DNA of 54,562 bases, counting the filler, from Jimgerdemannia flammicorona (Eukaryota): NCBI GenBank assembly GCA_003990765.1. It is 2 parts of 2 records of this genome, joined end to end, with 100 filler letters (N's around TTAATTAATTAA, not from the genome) between each part and the next. Parts side by side here need not be neighbours in the genome. Positions count along the whole stretch, not along the records: positions 1 to 27,232 come from RBNJ01000650.1; 1 more part is not named here. One strand, written 5' to 3'. The translations under genes were made by a program, and so were the position numbers. Positions 1 to 11,885 of the stretch are shown in pieces (positions within the stretch are counted from its first letter, which is position 1; each line of letters begins with the position of its first letter). The notes below the pieces were generated by a model that saw nothing but the letters and a program-made list of their open reading frames with translations, was not told the DNA's origin and ran no database searches.

Positions 1-2
1 AA

Positions 3-33
<31 letters not shown>

Positions 34-1155
34 TCCTGGTCAAAGCCCTACAAGGACTTCTTCAAGGACAAGAAAGATCTGAAGAAAGAAGGCCAGCCAA
101 GGAAGGAAAGAAGGACAGAAGTGAAATCCAAGATCTCAGCTCCAAGTTGGACCGATTGGTTGGACAAATTGAAAAACTCACTATACAGGAAAATTGGAGC
201 TACCAAGACAATAGAGGATACCACCACAGAGGAGCCAAGGTTATCCACTCAGAGAAAACAGGAGTTACCAGCAAGAAGAAAGAAGATACCCTGTCTGAGA
301 CAGAACCCAAGTCCAATGCTTCTATTGTGGACAATTTGGACACTATGTTACTGAATATGACAACAAAAGAAGTGACTGAAGGGACTCAGAACCATCAAAC
401 CGAAGAAATGACACTCAGTACAAGAAGACTGAAGCCCACCTGGTGGAAGATTTTGAGGAAGCAAGCAACAGTGAAGACTATAGTGACCTAGACTTGTACC
501 CTACCAAGGTCACCTTCCGAAAAACAGTTTACCTAGCAGAGAAAAGGAAGAGACCTGTGGGAAGGCCATCCAGAAACATCAGCAGAAGAATTATCCAAGA
601 AGAGGATGAAAGGAGCAGGTGGAAATATCTCCCCAAACTCCCTCACCTTTCATTCCCGAGACAAATAAATTGCTACCAGAGGATGAAGAAATAGAATAAG
701 AAGAACAGGAATCTGTTGCCCCAAAGCCCAAGAAAAAGTACACTCCAAAAACCATGCCTAGAGATATCTACAATGAAGTCTGGCAGAAGATCTAAGAGGC
801 CAAGATGGAAGTTCCCCTCCTGCAGTTCCTGCAACTGACACCAGCTGGAGTCTGAAACAAATTGCTGAGAACTACCAGATCTAGCACTGGCCAAGTCCCA
901 ATCCCACAGCAAGAACCAGTTCCCCTCCCTGTTCAGGCAGCCAAAAGACATGTCAGCATCTACCTACATGGAGATATCAGAGGGCAAAAAGCAAAAATCC
1001 TCAGAGACACAGGAGCAGCTGTTTGTGTCATTGCCAAACGATTCTTAGACACCCTCCAATGGCCCATTGATGGACCATCTAACCTCAGCATCATAGTAGC
1101 AGATGGAGCTCGAACTCAACCCCTTAGAGAAGTACGAAATATCACCATCTCTCTA

Positions 1156-3253
1156 TGTAAGAGGGTTGCTTTTTAGAGTAACTGTTACATAGTTCTGGAA
1201 GAGTTTTCTGGAAGTTCTGGATATTCTGGAAGTTCTGGATATTCTGGAAGTTCTGGATATTCTGGAAGACTGTTTTTTTAAGGTCAAGATCAATTTCATA
1301 TAGAGTACATCCTCTACGCTTATTGATTTCAAGGTCGGGTTGACATCTCAACCAAAGTCCTTTTTTGGACTAGTTCTGAATGTTCAGGATTTTCTGTATT
1401 TCAGAAAGTTCAAAAAACTAAGACCAGCTTAGTTGAATTGGTGTATCGCTGCAGACAATATCTAATTAGGAAATTTCGTAATGGGGTTAGAAGTGGGACC
1501 TAATGGGGAGTGGATTTACTTAAGAGTGGTTTGTGGGTTATTAAATAGGTTTATTTGCTATTCATGATATTGCTATACTAGGAGTAGTTATGTAAAGAGA
1601 TATTGTGGGGAAGTGCTCAGGAATGTTCTTGTGTGTTCAAGTCTGAGATTCTGAGGTCTAGGAGAGGGAGTATTTATACTAGTGAGGGGCTATCTGGACT
1701 ATGCTAGATATGGATGTAGCACTTAGTGCCTTGCTGAGTCAGAATGCAGTCATGTAGTACAAGTGTGATCTGACATATGAAAAGATCGTCTGACTGCTGA
1801 GTCAGTTTACAGTCACATCATACAAGGCTAATCTAACTATACTATGACTGCTAAGCTATTTATAGGTTTAGATACTGTCTGGGTAGTCTTCGATGACATC
1901 ACCATTGATGACATCATCTCTGATGAAGTAGTCATCTAGGAAGAGTGGTTCGCGGATTACTTCTCCTTGTTTACTGAGGTAATAATATATTGGAACTTCA
2001 TCACTGTCCTACAGAATAGCATTATCTGTCTCATATGCTAGATGAGGTATTGGTGGGTGAAGGAGGGGTGCATTGTCTTTGCTTTCATCGGATTCGCTAT
2101 CTGTATACCTTCTATAAGTTATAGCACTATGAGTTGCGGGGTTGTAGTAAGCTGGTGGCTGTGGTTCATGTCGCTCATACTTGGGTGGTGGGGTGGTCGG
2201 TTTGATCTTGAGAGTTGTCTGAAGGTACAGGTTGTGTTCTCCAGTCTCTTCATTATAGTTGAAGTAATCAAAAGTAAATGCGAGTTGGTATTCGTGCCAG
2301 TGGTCATTGTCCCAATAAGTCTCATATACGGTTATGAACTGTTGTAAGTTCATTGGCAAGGTTGGCAGTGTGATCAGGGTTGGTAGAGATCCTTGGCTTG
2401 AGGTCATGTTGAATCAGAGGGATTATTGTCTTCTGCTTCATCTTCATTGAAGTGAATTATATCATAGACATCCTTCATGGTATACCTGACTTGAGGCATT
2501 TGCAGGATATGGTCATTTGGATGTGGGAAGGTTCTGTCTATGGTTTCAACATACTCGAGGTACTTGTGGTTAAGTTCTTGTATCATGTTGTTGATTTGGC
2601 CATAGGACAGGGTAGCAACCATTTCGGTGGTAGTAACTTGGAGGTGGGGAATAATAGTGCTATACTCATAGAAGAGTTCTCGATGTTTGTGGGCGATGAG
2701 CTTCTGGTGTTGAGACATCTGGGTAATGTCTGTATCATGGTAGTGTTCGACCATGTCTTCTAGGAGGCAGCCGATCTGATAGTAGCTTGAGATTTGTCCA
2801 ATTTGGTGGGCTTCACTAAGCATGTTCAGGGCATTCCATCAGGCTTCCATGAAGTAGAGGGGTGCTAGGCTATGGATATTCATGAGAGGCAGAGGGGGTG
2901 TGGCTCGGTTGACAATGACATTCCAAATGTCAGCATGGATGTGGTTGTAGATCTCAGTGGTCATATTTATGTATGTTCAGAAGTTGTGGTTGTTGTTTGT
3001 TTTGGTTCTCTGTTTCAATGCATCTCGGTGCCCAGTATATATGTATTTGGTCCTGATTGGTAAGATTCCATTTGTGTGAATCTTGTATTCTGTGACTTCA
3101 AGTTGACTCAGCTTTATGCACTGTGACTTCGGTTTGACTCAGCTTCATGATCTTGCAGGTGATTTCCAGATTTGTTCAGAGATCACAGGTGATTTCAGTG
3201 GCTTGTTCAGAGGGTGACATGTGATTTCGGTGGCTTGGAGGTGTGCGCTTACA
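1156..3253 (-). repeat. 3' LTR of element A (about 2.1 kb)
   Basis: Direct repeat of 9764-11885; adjacent to PPT (plus strand actctctcctttttagc, 3254-3270). Confidence 0.95.
1868..2964 (-). pseudogene. LTR-encoded accessory ORF of family A (copy 1; stops and one frameshift near 2405)
   Basis: Colinear with the better preserved copy at 28208-29305; ORF-track pieces 2009-2407 and 2404-2823. Confidence 0.8.
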
Positions 3254-3714
3254 ACTCTCTCCTTTTTAGCTTTCGATGTTCTCATCGGGGCCTTCTAATT
3301 TTGTTCTAGTGTTGTTATACCATTTGGGAGGTCAAAAGTCTGGTAAAGTCCATTTTTTCAGAAAGTGGCATGCTCATAGTACAGTTGCCTAATGCATTGG
3401 ATTCACATGTTAAAGGGTCATGTGTTTAATGCCATGTGCCAGAAGTGATTCTGATGTCATTCACTGCTGGAGAATTTCCTCTAAGGAATCTTCTTAAATG
3501 TCTATGCCTCATTTCCCACCAGTGGTACAGGGAGAATAGGCTGGCTTTCAGTTTTGCTATTTTTCTAGAAGGTCGGTATTCTTTTGTCTTGACTTGCTGA
3601 GTTCTTTATTCAGTTTGTGATAATTATAATGTTTGGGAGGTATAATATATAGTATGAACTGATAGGTGCAGGAGTGTTCAGATTTCAGTTATTCAAGGAA
3701 TCGTATTCCTGAAC

Positions 3715-3855
3715 TAAGTCAGTGGCATTCTGGAGATTGGTCTTGGGTTCCTATGTTGCATCATGAATTGGGTAATCTTTCCATTTGACAAGGTACTCAG
3801 GGTGGTTCTTGTGTCCACATTTGTTGAGAATTTGTTCAACTTTATATTCTTCTTG
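3715..3855 (-). pseudogene. Integrase C-terminal chromodomain of element A
   Basis: EYKVEQILNKCGHKNHPEYLVKWKDYPIHDAT*EPKTNL follows the chromodomain pattern E-Y-x-V-E-x-I...Y-L-V-K-W-K...T-W-E-P. Confidence 0.85.
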
Positions 3856-3859
3856 GTCA

Positions 3860-6800
3860 TTAATAATGACAGGTGCTGGTGGTTCTGTAGTTCGGTTTGG
3901 GAATAGCTCATCTTCATTTTCATTGTATCACTTAGGATGTTGGACATTAAAGACTGGGTGAATCTTAATAGTGTCTGGTAGTATCAATTTGTAGAAGGTC
4001 AGAGAGACTTGTGCAATGACTTCAAATGGTCCAATGAACTTGCTGTTTAGCTTTGTAGATGGTCTGTGCTTGAGGTTGTCAACTCAGTATCCTCAGATGT
4101 CTAGTAGAACTTTTTCTCCAATATTGAAGGTTTCTTCTCAGCAGTATTGGTTAACATACTGTGACTGTTGTTCTTGAGCTCATAATAAGTTCTCAATTGC
4201 GATCTGGCTTAGATTACACATTCGGAGTAGGAATTCTTCAACAGCTTCAACTGTAGAGGGTTTTTCAGTGGTTCAGATGAGTGTCAGAGGGGTGTTTGGG
4301 TTTTGTCCAGTGTTGGCGAAGAATGGAGTCATTCCAAGAGAGGCTTGCTTGCTGTTGTTATAGGCAAACTCAACTGCAATGAGGTGTTCATGCCAATTAT
4401 CTTGTCTGTAGGAAATATAGTTCCTTAGCATTTGTTCCAGAGTTTGGTTCATCCTTTTGGTTTGGCTATCAGTTTCAGGGTGAAAGGCTGTGGATAGTGC
4501 AAGTTTTGTTCTAAGGTGTGTGTGGAGGGCTTTCCAAAAATGACTGGTGAATTTTGAGTCTCAGTCACTAATAATGATCTTAGGAAGACCATGATAGCGG
4601 AAGATATTGTCAAACAAGAGTGTGGCTATGTCTGGTGTTGTTGCAGTGGTAGTAGTTGGTACAAAGTGGGCTTGTTTGCTGAGATAGTCCACGAAGACAA
4701 CAATTGCATCTTTTCCATTCTTGGTTCAGGGTAGTTGTACAATGAAGTCTATAGAGATTTGTTCCCAATTAGCGGATGGTACTGGAATAGGGTGTAGTAA
4801 ACCAGATTTTGCTAGTGTTGAGGACTTGTTGCATTGGTAGGCATCACAGGAAGTAATATAGGTCTTGAGCTGATCTGCCATGCAGGGCCAATAGAAGTTT
4901 CGGGAAATAACTTCATAGCATTGTCAAATCCTAAATGTCCAGTAGTAGGTGCATCATGACATTCAAATAAGATAGTCCTTTGGAGGTCTCAGTTGTTTGA
5001 GACATATAGTCTGTCCTTGTAGTAAATAGCATTATCCTTAAGTTGGTATTGATTGTACTGGGTATACTTATCAGCATCATCACTATTCAGAATTTCTCGG
5101 AGTGCTTGAGCTTCCTTATCATCAGCACACACTGTGATAATTTGTTCCATGATAGAATTTGTAACCAAGGTGAGAGTTTGGATAACTTCTTCAATTGGTG
5201 GTCTCGAGATTGTATCAGCAACAATATTCTCCTTGCCAGGGCGATACTGGATTTCATAGTCGAAGTTGGTGAGGACTTTCATCCATCTGGCTTGCTTTCG
5301 AGAAAGGGTAGCCTGTATCTTGATGTTGACTAATGACTTGTGGTCAGTCAATACAGTGAAGTGTGCTCCTTCTAGGTATGGTCACCATTTGATCAGAGTG
5401 TCTACAATGGCTAGCATTTCCTTCTCGTGAGTTGCGTAGTTGATTTTGGCATCGTTGAACTTGCGAGAGTGATAGGCCACCAGGTGTCCTTCTTGCATGA
5501 GCACTGCTCCAAGGGCTAGGTTGGAAGCATCAGTAGTAACTTCATATGGTAGGGCAGAGTTTGCTGCTTGAAGTACTGGGGTGGTTATTAAGGCATCTTT
5601 CAGTGCTTGAAAGGCGGTATCTTGTTCAGGTCCCTAATTTATAAGATTGTTGAAGTCTTTTTTTTGTTTTGTGGTCCAGGACTGTTCTTCTTTCTTGCTG
5701 TGCTTGGTCATTTGGATAAGGGCAGTAGCAATCTTGGCAAAGTTGGCAACAAATCACCTATAATAGTTTTCTAATCTCAGGAATGACTGAAGGTCTTTCA
5801 GTTTCTTGGGTCTAGGCCAATCTTTGATTGCGGAGATTTTGCTGGGGTCTACTTTAATTCCATTTGGGGTGACGATGTGTCCAAGGAATTGAATTTCCTT
5901 TAGGAGGAATTCATACTGCAAAGAGTCAGTTTTCTCGGAGTTTCAGTAGTACTAGTTCAAGGTATTCAAGATGTTCCTCCAGGGTTTTGCTGAAGACTAG
6001 GATGTCATTAATGTAGACAACAATGAATTTGTCTAGGTATGGGTGCAGGATGGTGTTCATCAGTGTCTGGAAGGTTGCTGAAGCATTAGTTAAGCCAAAG
6101 GGCATAACTAGAAATTCGAAATGTCCATAGTGAGTTTGGAAGGCTGTCTTGTAGATGTCTTCTTCTTTTATGGCAATTTGCCAGTAGCTATTTCACAGGT
6201 CAAAAGAGCTCATGAATTGTGGGTTTGTAAGCCTGTCAAATATTTCATCAATTCTGGATAATGGGCAATAGTTCTTGATGATCTGTTCATTGAGGTTGCA
6301 GTAATCAATGTACATTCATAAGTCTCCTCCTTTCTTGACAACAAAGGGAACTGGTGCACCATAGGGTGATACACTAGGTCTAATGAATTCTTGTTCTAAG
6401 AGTTTGTCAATTTCTCTCTTGAGTGCATTGATTTCTCTTGGCGACATATGGTAGATTGACTTGAAGGCTGGCTTGGCATCTGGAATGGTCTTGATGGCAT
6501 GGTCTACTGCTCATTTAGGAGGTAGGCCTTTCAGAAGTTTCTTTGGAAATATATCTCAGAATTTCTGGAGTAGTGGTCTGATATGGCAGTCAACTTTGGA
6601 AAAGTCTTCTTCAGAGTTCTCAGGTTCTTCTTTAGATGGGCAGATGGAGATGGTGAAGAGAGGACATTTCTTGGCTAATTTCTTGAGTTGTAGCTTATTG
6701 ATATGAGTGTTTGGTCCAGGTTCACTAGAGTTGAGTGGGTCTTTTTCGCCTTGCAGTTTGAAGTTGTGCCATCCTTTCTTGATGGTCAGAGAATGGTTTA

Positions 6801-7212
6801 CCCAATAAATCATGGGGTTTTCTTATTTTAACCATAGAGTTCCAAGAATGATCTCATTGTCAGGAAGTGGTACAATTTGGAGGGTAACATATACTCGGTA
6901 GTCACCAATACGGAAGGGTAGATTGCAGACTTCCTTGCTAATGACATGTGAGGTTCCATCAGTTGTGGTAACTGCTTGAGTTTGTTGTACCGGGGAGGTG
7001 AAGACCTTGAGTCTATTGGCTGTTTCTTCATTGATGAAGTTGCCTGAGGCACCACTATCTATCATAATCTTGACAGGTACTTGGTTGACAAAAGCTTGAA
7101 GTGTAAACAGTTTGTCTGATCCAATAGTGGTGATTTCGGTTGTAGGAGCTTTCCTTCTGTTGGTTCTTCTTTGAGCCAGTTCATTGACACAAGAGAAGCA
7201 ATCATTGATCAT
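3860..7212 (-). pseudogene. pol of element A (PR, RT, RNase H, integrase), multiple stops
   Basis: PR IMIDSGASGNFI (about 7050); [18 protein letters not shown] (about 6000); RH TDASN, DHKSL, IQYRPGKENIVADTISR; IN core about 4300-4800. Confidence 0.9.
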
Positions 7213-7334
7213 TCAGGAAGAGTACATTCCAATGCCATGGGGACATCAGCCACTAGGTATATATCCATCTTCGATTTTCTTATAGAATTGTTCTTCTTTA
7301 TTCGTGGTAGGTTGGGCTGGGGCCTTGTTTGATG

Positions 7335-7745
7335 AACCAAATTCTTTGGATCCTCGGATGGTAGGCAGTAGTTCAGGGACTTCCTTGACTGTCAGGGTTG
7401 ACTCAATTTTTTCGAATAGGATCTAGGCAATGCAGAATCCAATGGGGATCTTGAAGGGTATCCAACTATGGTTTCAGATGAGGATAATAATTTCGCCTGT
7501 ATAATCCTTGTCAATGGCTCCTCCTTCTACTGAGAGTCCTTTCAATGCTAGGCTGCTGCGACAGCATATTCTTCCAACATGTCCTTCAGGGATTTGGATG
7601 CTAATTCCTGTATAGACTTGCTTGACTTCTCGGTTGGAAACTGTAGCTTCTTCAGCTGCATACAGGTCATATCCAGCTGCTTTTTGACTTCCTTTAGTTG
7701 GGGCCTTAGCAGTTTGTCTTAACTTGACAAAGTCTAGTATTCTGG
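7335..7745 (-). pseudogene. dUTPase domain of element A, between gag zinc knuckle and protease
   Basis: KAPTKGSQKAAGYDLYA, RSSLALKG, GGAIDKDYTGEI, RGSKEFGSS: trimeric dUTPase motifs 1, 2, 3 and 5. Confidence 0.9.
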
Positions 7746-7749
7746 TGGT

Positions 7750-9700
7750 CAGGTTGTTGAGGTGGTGCAGAGTAGTAACAGTTGCTCGTGTTGTTGTTCG
7801 GGGTTTTCAGTTAGGGTAGGCACTGGCCATATATTCTGTCTTTCAGCAATAGAAGCATGCTCCACTTCTTCGAAGTTCATTCCTTTCTCCTTCAGTGAGT
7901 TTCTTAAAGGTACTCGGCTGGGTGGGTTTATGATTTCTGAGTGTCTATGAAGTGGATGTTGAGGGAGCTTGGGATGCTTCATGCTTGGGTTCTTCTTTTT
8001 TGGTCCAAGTCTTTTCCTTGTTGTTAAATTGCCTTCAGGGCAGAATTGGTCCAGCTGTTAGAATTCGCTTGACCATAGTCTTGATTCTTACAAGGCACTA
8101 TTGTTGGTGATCACAACCAACTGGGCAGCCTTGTTCTCAGATTTTTCTAGTAAGCTATTCAGGCAGGGCATCAAATAAATAGTCTGCTCTTGTACCATTT
8201 CGTGCTTCATCATTGGCAATATATCCTAGGCCAACAGTATTCAGGAGTGACTCAAGTTTTGTACAGAAGGTTTCGAATTCTTCCTTGTCATGTATATTGA
8301 ATTTGAGGTTGTAGAGTTTTACTCGAGATTCAGCAATCATAGTTTCACTATGGTATTGAGCAATCATGAGTTGTTTGAGTCCAGGGGCTGCAGGATGGGC
8401 TTCATATCCTGGGGCATTGTTTGCTGCATTCTGAGCAATTACTGCAGGTTGGGTGTCCCATGTGAGAGGTTTTTCAGGAAGGGTTCGCCACCATTCTTTG
8501 GCAGGTTCTCGGAAGAATGTAACAACTTGGCGGACATAGGCTGTAGTGGTAGCAAAGAGTTGTTCTAGAGTGTGGTCTTGATTGTTTGTCAGGAGGCAGT
8601 CAGCAACTCACTCATTGGTCCATTGATTGGCTTCGAAGTTGGTGTCAACTATACTAATGAAGCTTTGGACTTCTTGTACAGTACCATTGAAGGTAGATAG
8701 ACTCAGATTTTTGGTAGGTCAGGTCTGTTCAGCTAAGGTAGTAATGGTTGCTGCCATTATTGCTACTTGGGCTGTGAGGTCTAGAATCTATTGGTTCGCC
8801 ATGTTGTATACTGGAGGCGGTTGGACTACTGGTAGTGGTGTTACTAGTACTACTTGAGATACTGGTGCAGAGTGTGAGAGAGTTCTTTGGGTCTGTGTAA
8901 GTTGCTAAAGTAGTAGTTGTGGGTCTGGAGTAAGGGCTCGATAGGTAGCTGTCTGTTGTTGTGTAGGTGTGTTCTATCCGGATAGAGGTGCGTCTCCTTC
9001 GGTGGTGTATCTGGGATCGAATTCACTAAGATACTCCTCCTCCTCTTCAGTTTGGTCCCCATGTAATTGGGTTTGCTCAGCGTCAAAGTAGACAGAATCA
9101 GTGATATATCTGATTTTGGAAGGACTTAATTCAAAGTCAAGTTTAGGTTCGGTATTAGTGTCTGATTCAGATAGAGCTGTAGCAGGGCCTGCTTCAGGTT
9201 CGGGGTCGGGTAGTTGATGAAGGGTTTCTCTTGCTTCTTCTTTAAGAATATGGTGGGCCTTACTGTTCTGGAATTAGTAGTATAATGCGGTCTTGGTCCT
9301 GGCATGGTGAAAGTTGGTAGAGTTGAGCCACTTGGCTACAGAGGCTTGGGCTTCGTGAGGAACTAAGACTAGAAAGACTACTGCTGGTTGTCCTAGGTCA
9401 CTTGGATTTGTGGAGCTGACAAAACTCTTGTTGAGAAGAGTAAAGAAGGCTTCTATAAGATCTTCTTCATCTTGACTTGCTGGGTGTAGAGCAAGGAGTT
9501 CAGTGAATAGGGTTTCACCTATTTGCTGATTTAATCAGAGACTTCTTTCTTTGAATGAAGTTTGTCCCACTTGTTGCAGATGTAGAGGTCAAATTGTCCT
9601 TGTACATCTGGTTCAATTCCCTCCAGATTGTCAGATAGTTCAGGATAAATTCCAGTTCAGAGGTTGGGCTTTATACCAACTTGTAGGAATTCTCAGAGGG
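7750..9700 (-). pseudogene. gag of element A
   Basis: Decayed frame after the PBS ending in ACFYCRKTEYMASAY (ACFYCQKTEYMASAC in the copy near 49030), a decayed CCHC knuckle; ORF pieces 8155-8367 and 8850-9086. Confidence 0.7.
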
Positions 9701-9746
9701 GTTTGTAGCAGGGTGAGGAAGCGTCTTGAAGTAGAATTGGATTGTA

Positions 9747-9760
9747 AACTGCTGCTACCA
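9747..9760 (-). promoter_or_regulatory. Primer-binding site, likely tRNA-iMet
   Basis: Minus strand TGGTAGCAGC 3 nt after the 5' LTR (TGGTAGCAGCGG in the copy at 27517-27528); TGGTAGC matches the 3' end of eukaryotic initiator Met tRNA. Confidence 0.8.
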
Positions 9761-9763
9761 AGT

Positions 9764-11885
9764 TGTAAGAGGGTTGCTTTTTAGGGTAACCATTATGTAG
9801 TTCTGGAAGGGTTTTCTGGAAGTTCTGGATATTCTGGAAGTTCTGGATATTCTGGAAGTTCTGGATATTCTGGAAGTTCTGGATATTCTGGAAGACCGTT
9901 TTCTTAAGGTCAAGATCAATTTAGTATGGAGTACATCCTCTATGCTTATTGATTTCAAGATTGGGTTGACATCTCAACCAAAGTCTTTTTTTGGACTAGT
10001 TCTGGATGTTTAGGATTTTCCATATTTCAGAAAGTTCAAGAAACTAAGACCAGCTTAGTTGAATTGGCGTATTGCTGCAGACAATACCCAATTAGGAAAT
10101 TTTGTGATAGGGTTAAGAGTGGGACCTAACAGAGAGCAGATTTACTTAAGAGTAGTTTGTGGGTTATTAAATAGGTTTATTTGCTATTTATGATATTGCT
10201 ATACTAGGAGTAGTTGTGTGAAGGAATATTGTAGGGAAGTGCTCAGGAATGTTCTTGTATGTTCGAGTCTGAGATTCTGAGATCTGAGGGAGGGGGTATT
10301 TATACTAGTGAGGGGCTATCTGGACTATGCTAGATATGGATATAGCACTTAGTGCCTTGCTGAGTCAGAATGCAGTCATGTAGTACAAGTGGGATCTGAT
10401 ATGTCAAAAGATTGTCTGACTGCTGAGTCAGTTCACAGTTACATCGTATAAGGCTAATATAACTATACTATGACTGCTAAGCTATTTATAGGTTTAGACG
10501 CTGTCTAGGTAGTCTTCAATGACATCACCATCAATGACATTATCTCTGATAAAGTAGTTGTCTAGGAAGAGTGGTTTGTGGATTACTTCTCCTTGTTCAC
10601 TGAGATAATAATACATTGGAACTTTATCACCATCCCACAGGATAGCATCATCTGTCTCGTAAGCTGGATGAGGTATTGGTGGATGAAGGAGGAGTGCATC
10701 GTCTTCGCTTTCATTGGATTCACTGTCTGCATACCTTCTATAAGTTACAGTACTATGAGTTGTGGGGTTGTAGTAAGCTGGCAGCTGTGGTTCATATCAC
10801 TCATACTCAGGTGGTGGGGTGGTCAGTTCGATCTCGAGAGTTGTCTGAAGGTACAGGTTGTGTTCTCCAGTCTCTTCATTATAGTTGAAGTAATCAGGAG
10901 TAAACATGGATTGGTATTCATGTCAGTGGTCATTGTCCCAATAAGTCTTGTATGTGGTTATGAACTGTTGTAAGTTCATTGGTAAGGTTGGTGGTGTGAT
11001 CAGGGTTAGTAGAGATCCTTGGCTTGAGGTCATGTCAGCATCAGAGGGATCATTGTCTTCTGCTTTATCTTCATCAAAGTGGATTATATCATAGATGTCC
11101 TTTATGGCATACCCGACTTGAGGCATTTGCAGGATATGGTCATTTGGGTGTGGGAAGGTTCTGTCTGTGGTTTCAACATACTCGAGGTACTTGTGGTTGA
11201 GTTCTTGTATTATGTTGTTGATTTGGCTGTAGGACAGGGTAGCAACCATTTCGGTGGTAGTAACTCGGAGGTGAGGAATAACAGTGCTATACTCATAGAA
11301 GAGTTCTCGATGTTTGCAGGTGATAAGCTTCTGGTGTTGAGACATCTGGGTAATGTCTATATCATGGTGGTGTTTGACCATGTCTTCTAGGAGGCAGCTG
11401 ATCTGGTAGTACATAGCTTGAGATTTGTCTGATTCAGTGGGCTTTGCTAAGCATGTTCAGGGCATTCCATTGGGCTTCCATGAAGTAGAGGAGTGCTAGG
11501 TTATGGATATTTATGAGGGGCAGAGGGGGTGTGGCTCAGTTGACAATGGCATTCCAAATGTCAGTATAGATGCGGTTATAGATCTCGGTGGTCATGTTTG
11601 TGTATATTCAGAAGTTGTGATTGTTGTTTGTTTTGGTTCTCTGTTTTGATGCATCTTGGTGCCCAGTATATATGTATTTGGTCCTGATTGGTAAGATTCT
11701 GTTTATGTGAATCTTGTATTCTGTAACTTCGTGTTGACTCAGCTTTGTGCACTGTGACTTCGGTTTGACTCAGCTTCGTGATCTTGCAAGTGATTTCCAG
11801 ATTTGTTCAGAGGTCACAGGTGATTTCAGTGGCTTGTTCAGAGGGTGACATGTGATTTCGGTGGCTTGGAGGTTGTGCGCTTATA
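9764..11885 (-). repeat. 5' LTR of element A, containing accessory ORF copy 2 (about 10494-11595)
   Basis: Direct repeat of 1156-3253, adjacent to PBS. Confidence 0.95.

Larger units (their letters stand above)
1156..11885 (-). mobile_element. Full-length degenerate Ty3/gypsy chromovirus A: LTR-PBS-gag(CCHC)-dUTPase-PR-RT-RH-IN-chromodomain-PPT-LTR
   Basis: Paired LTRs 1156-3253 and 9764-11885 with TGTAAG...CTTACA/CTTATA ends; TSD CTCTA/CTCTG; PBS and PPT present; motifs [45 protein letters not shown] on minus strand with many stops. Confidence 0.95.

Noticed and set aside
1142..1351. ORFs with QNIQNF or SRISRT repeats
   Set aside because: Translations of the 18-bp U5 array in different frames; not conserved
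2042..2763. Hydrophobic plus-strand ORFs in LTR A (also 10578-10973 and 28733-29131) as env or membrane proteins
   Set aside because: Antisense shadows of the C/A-rich minus-strand ORF; starts and stops differ between copies
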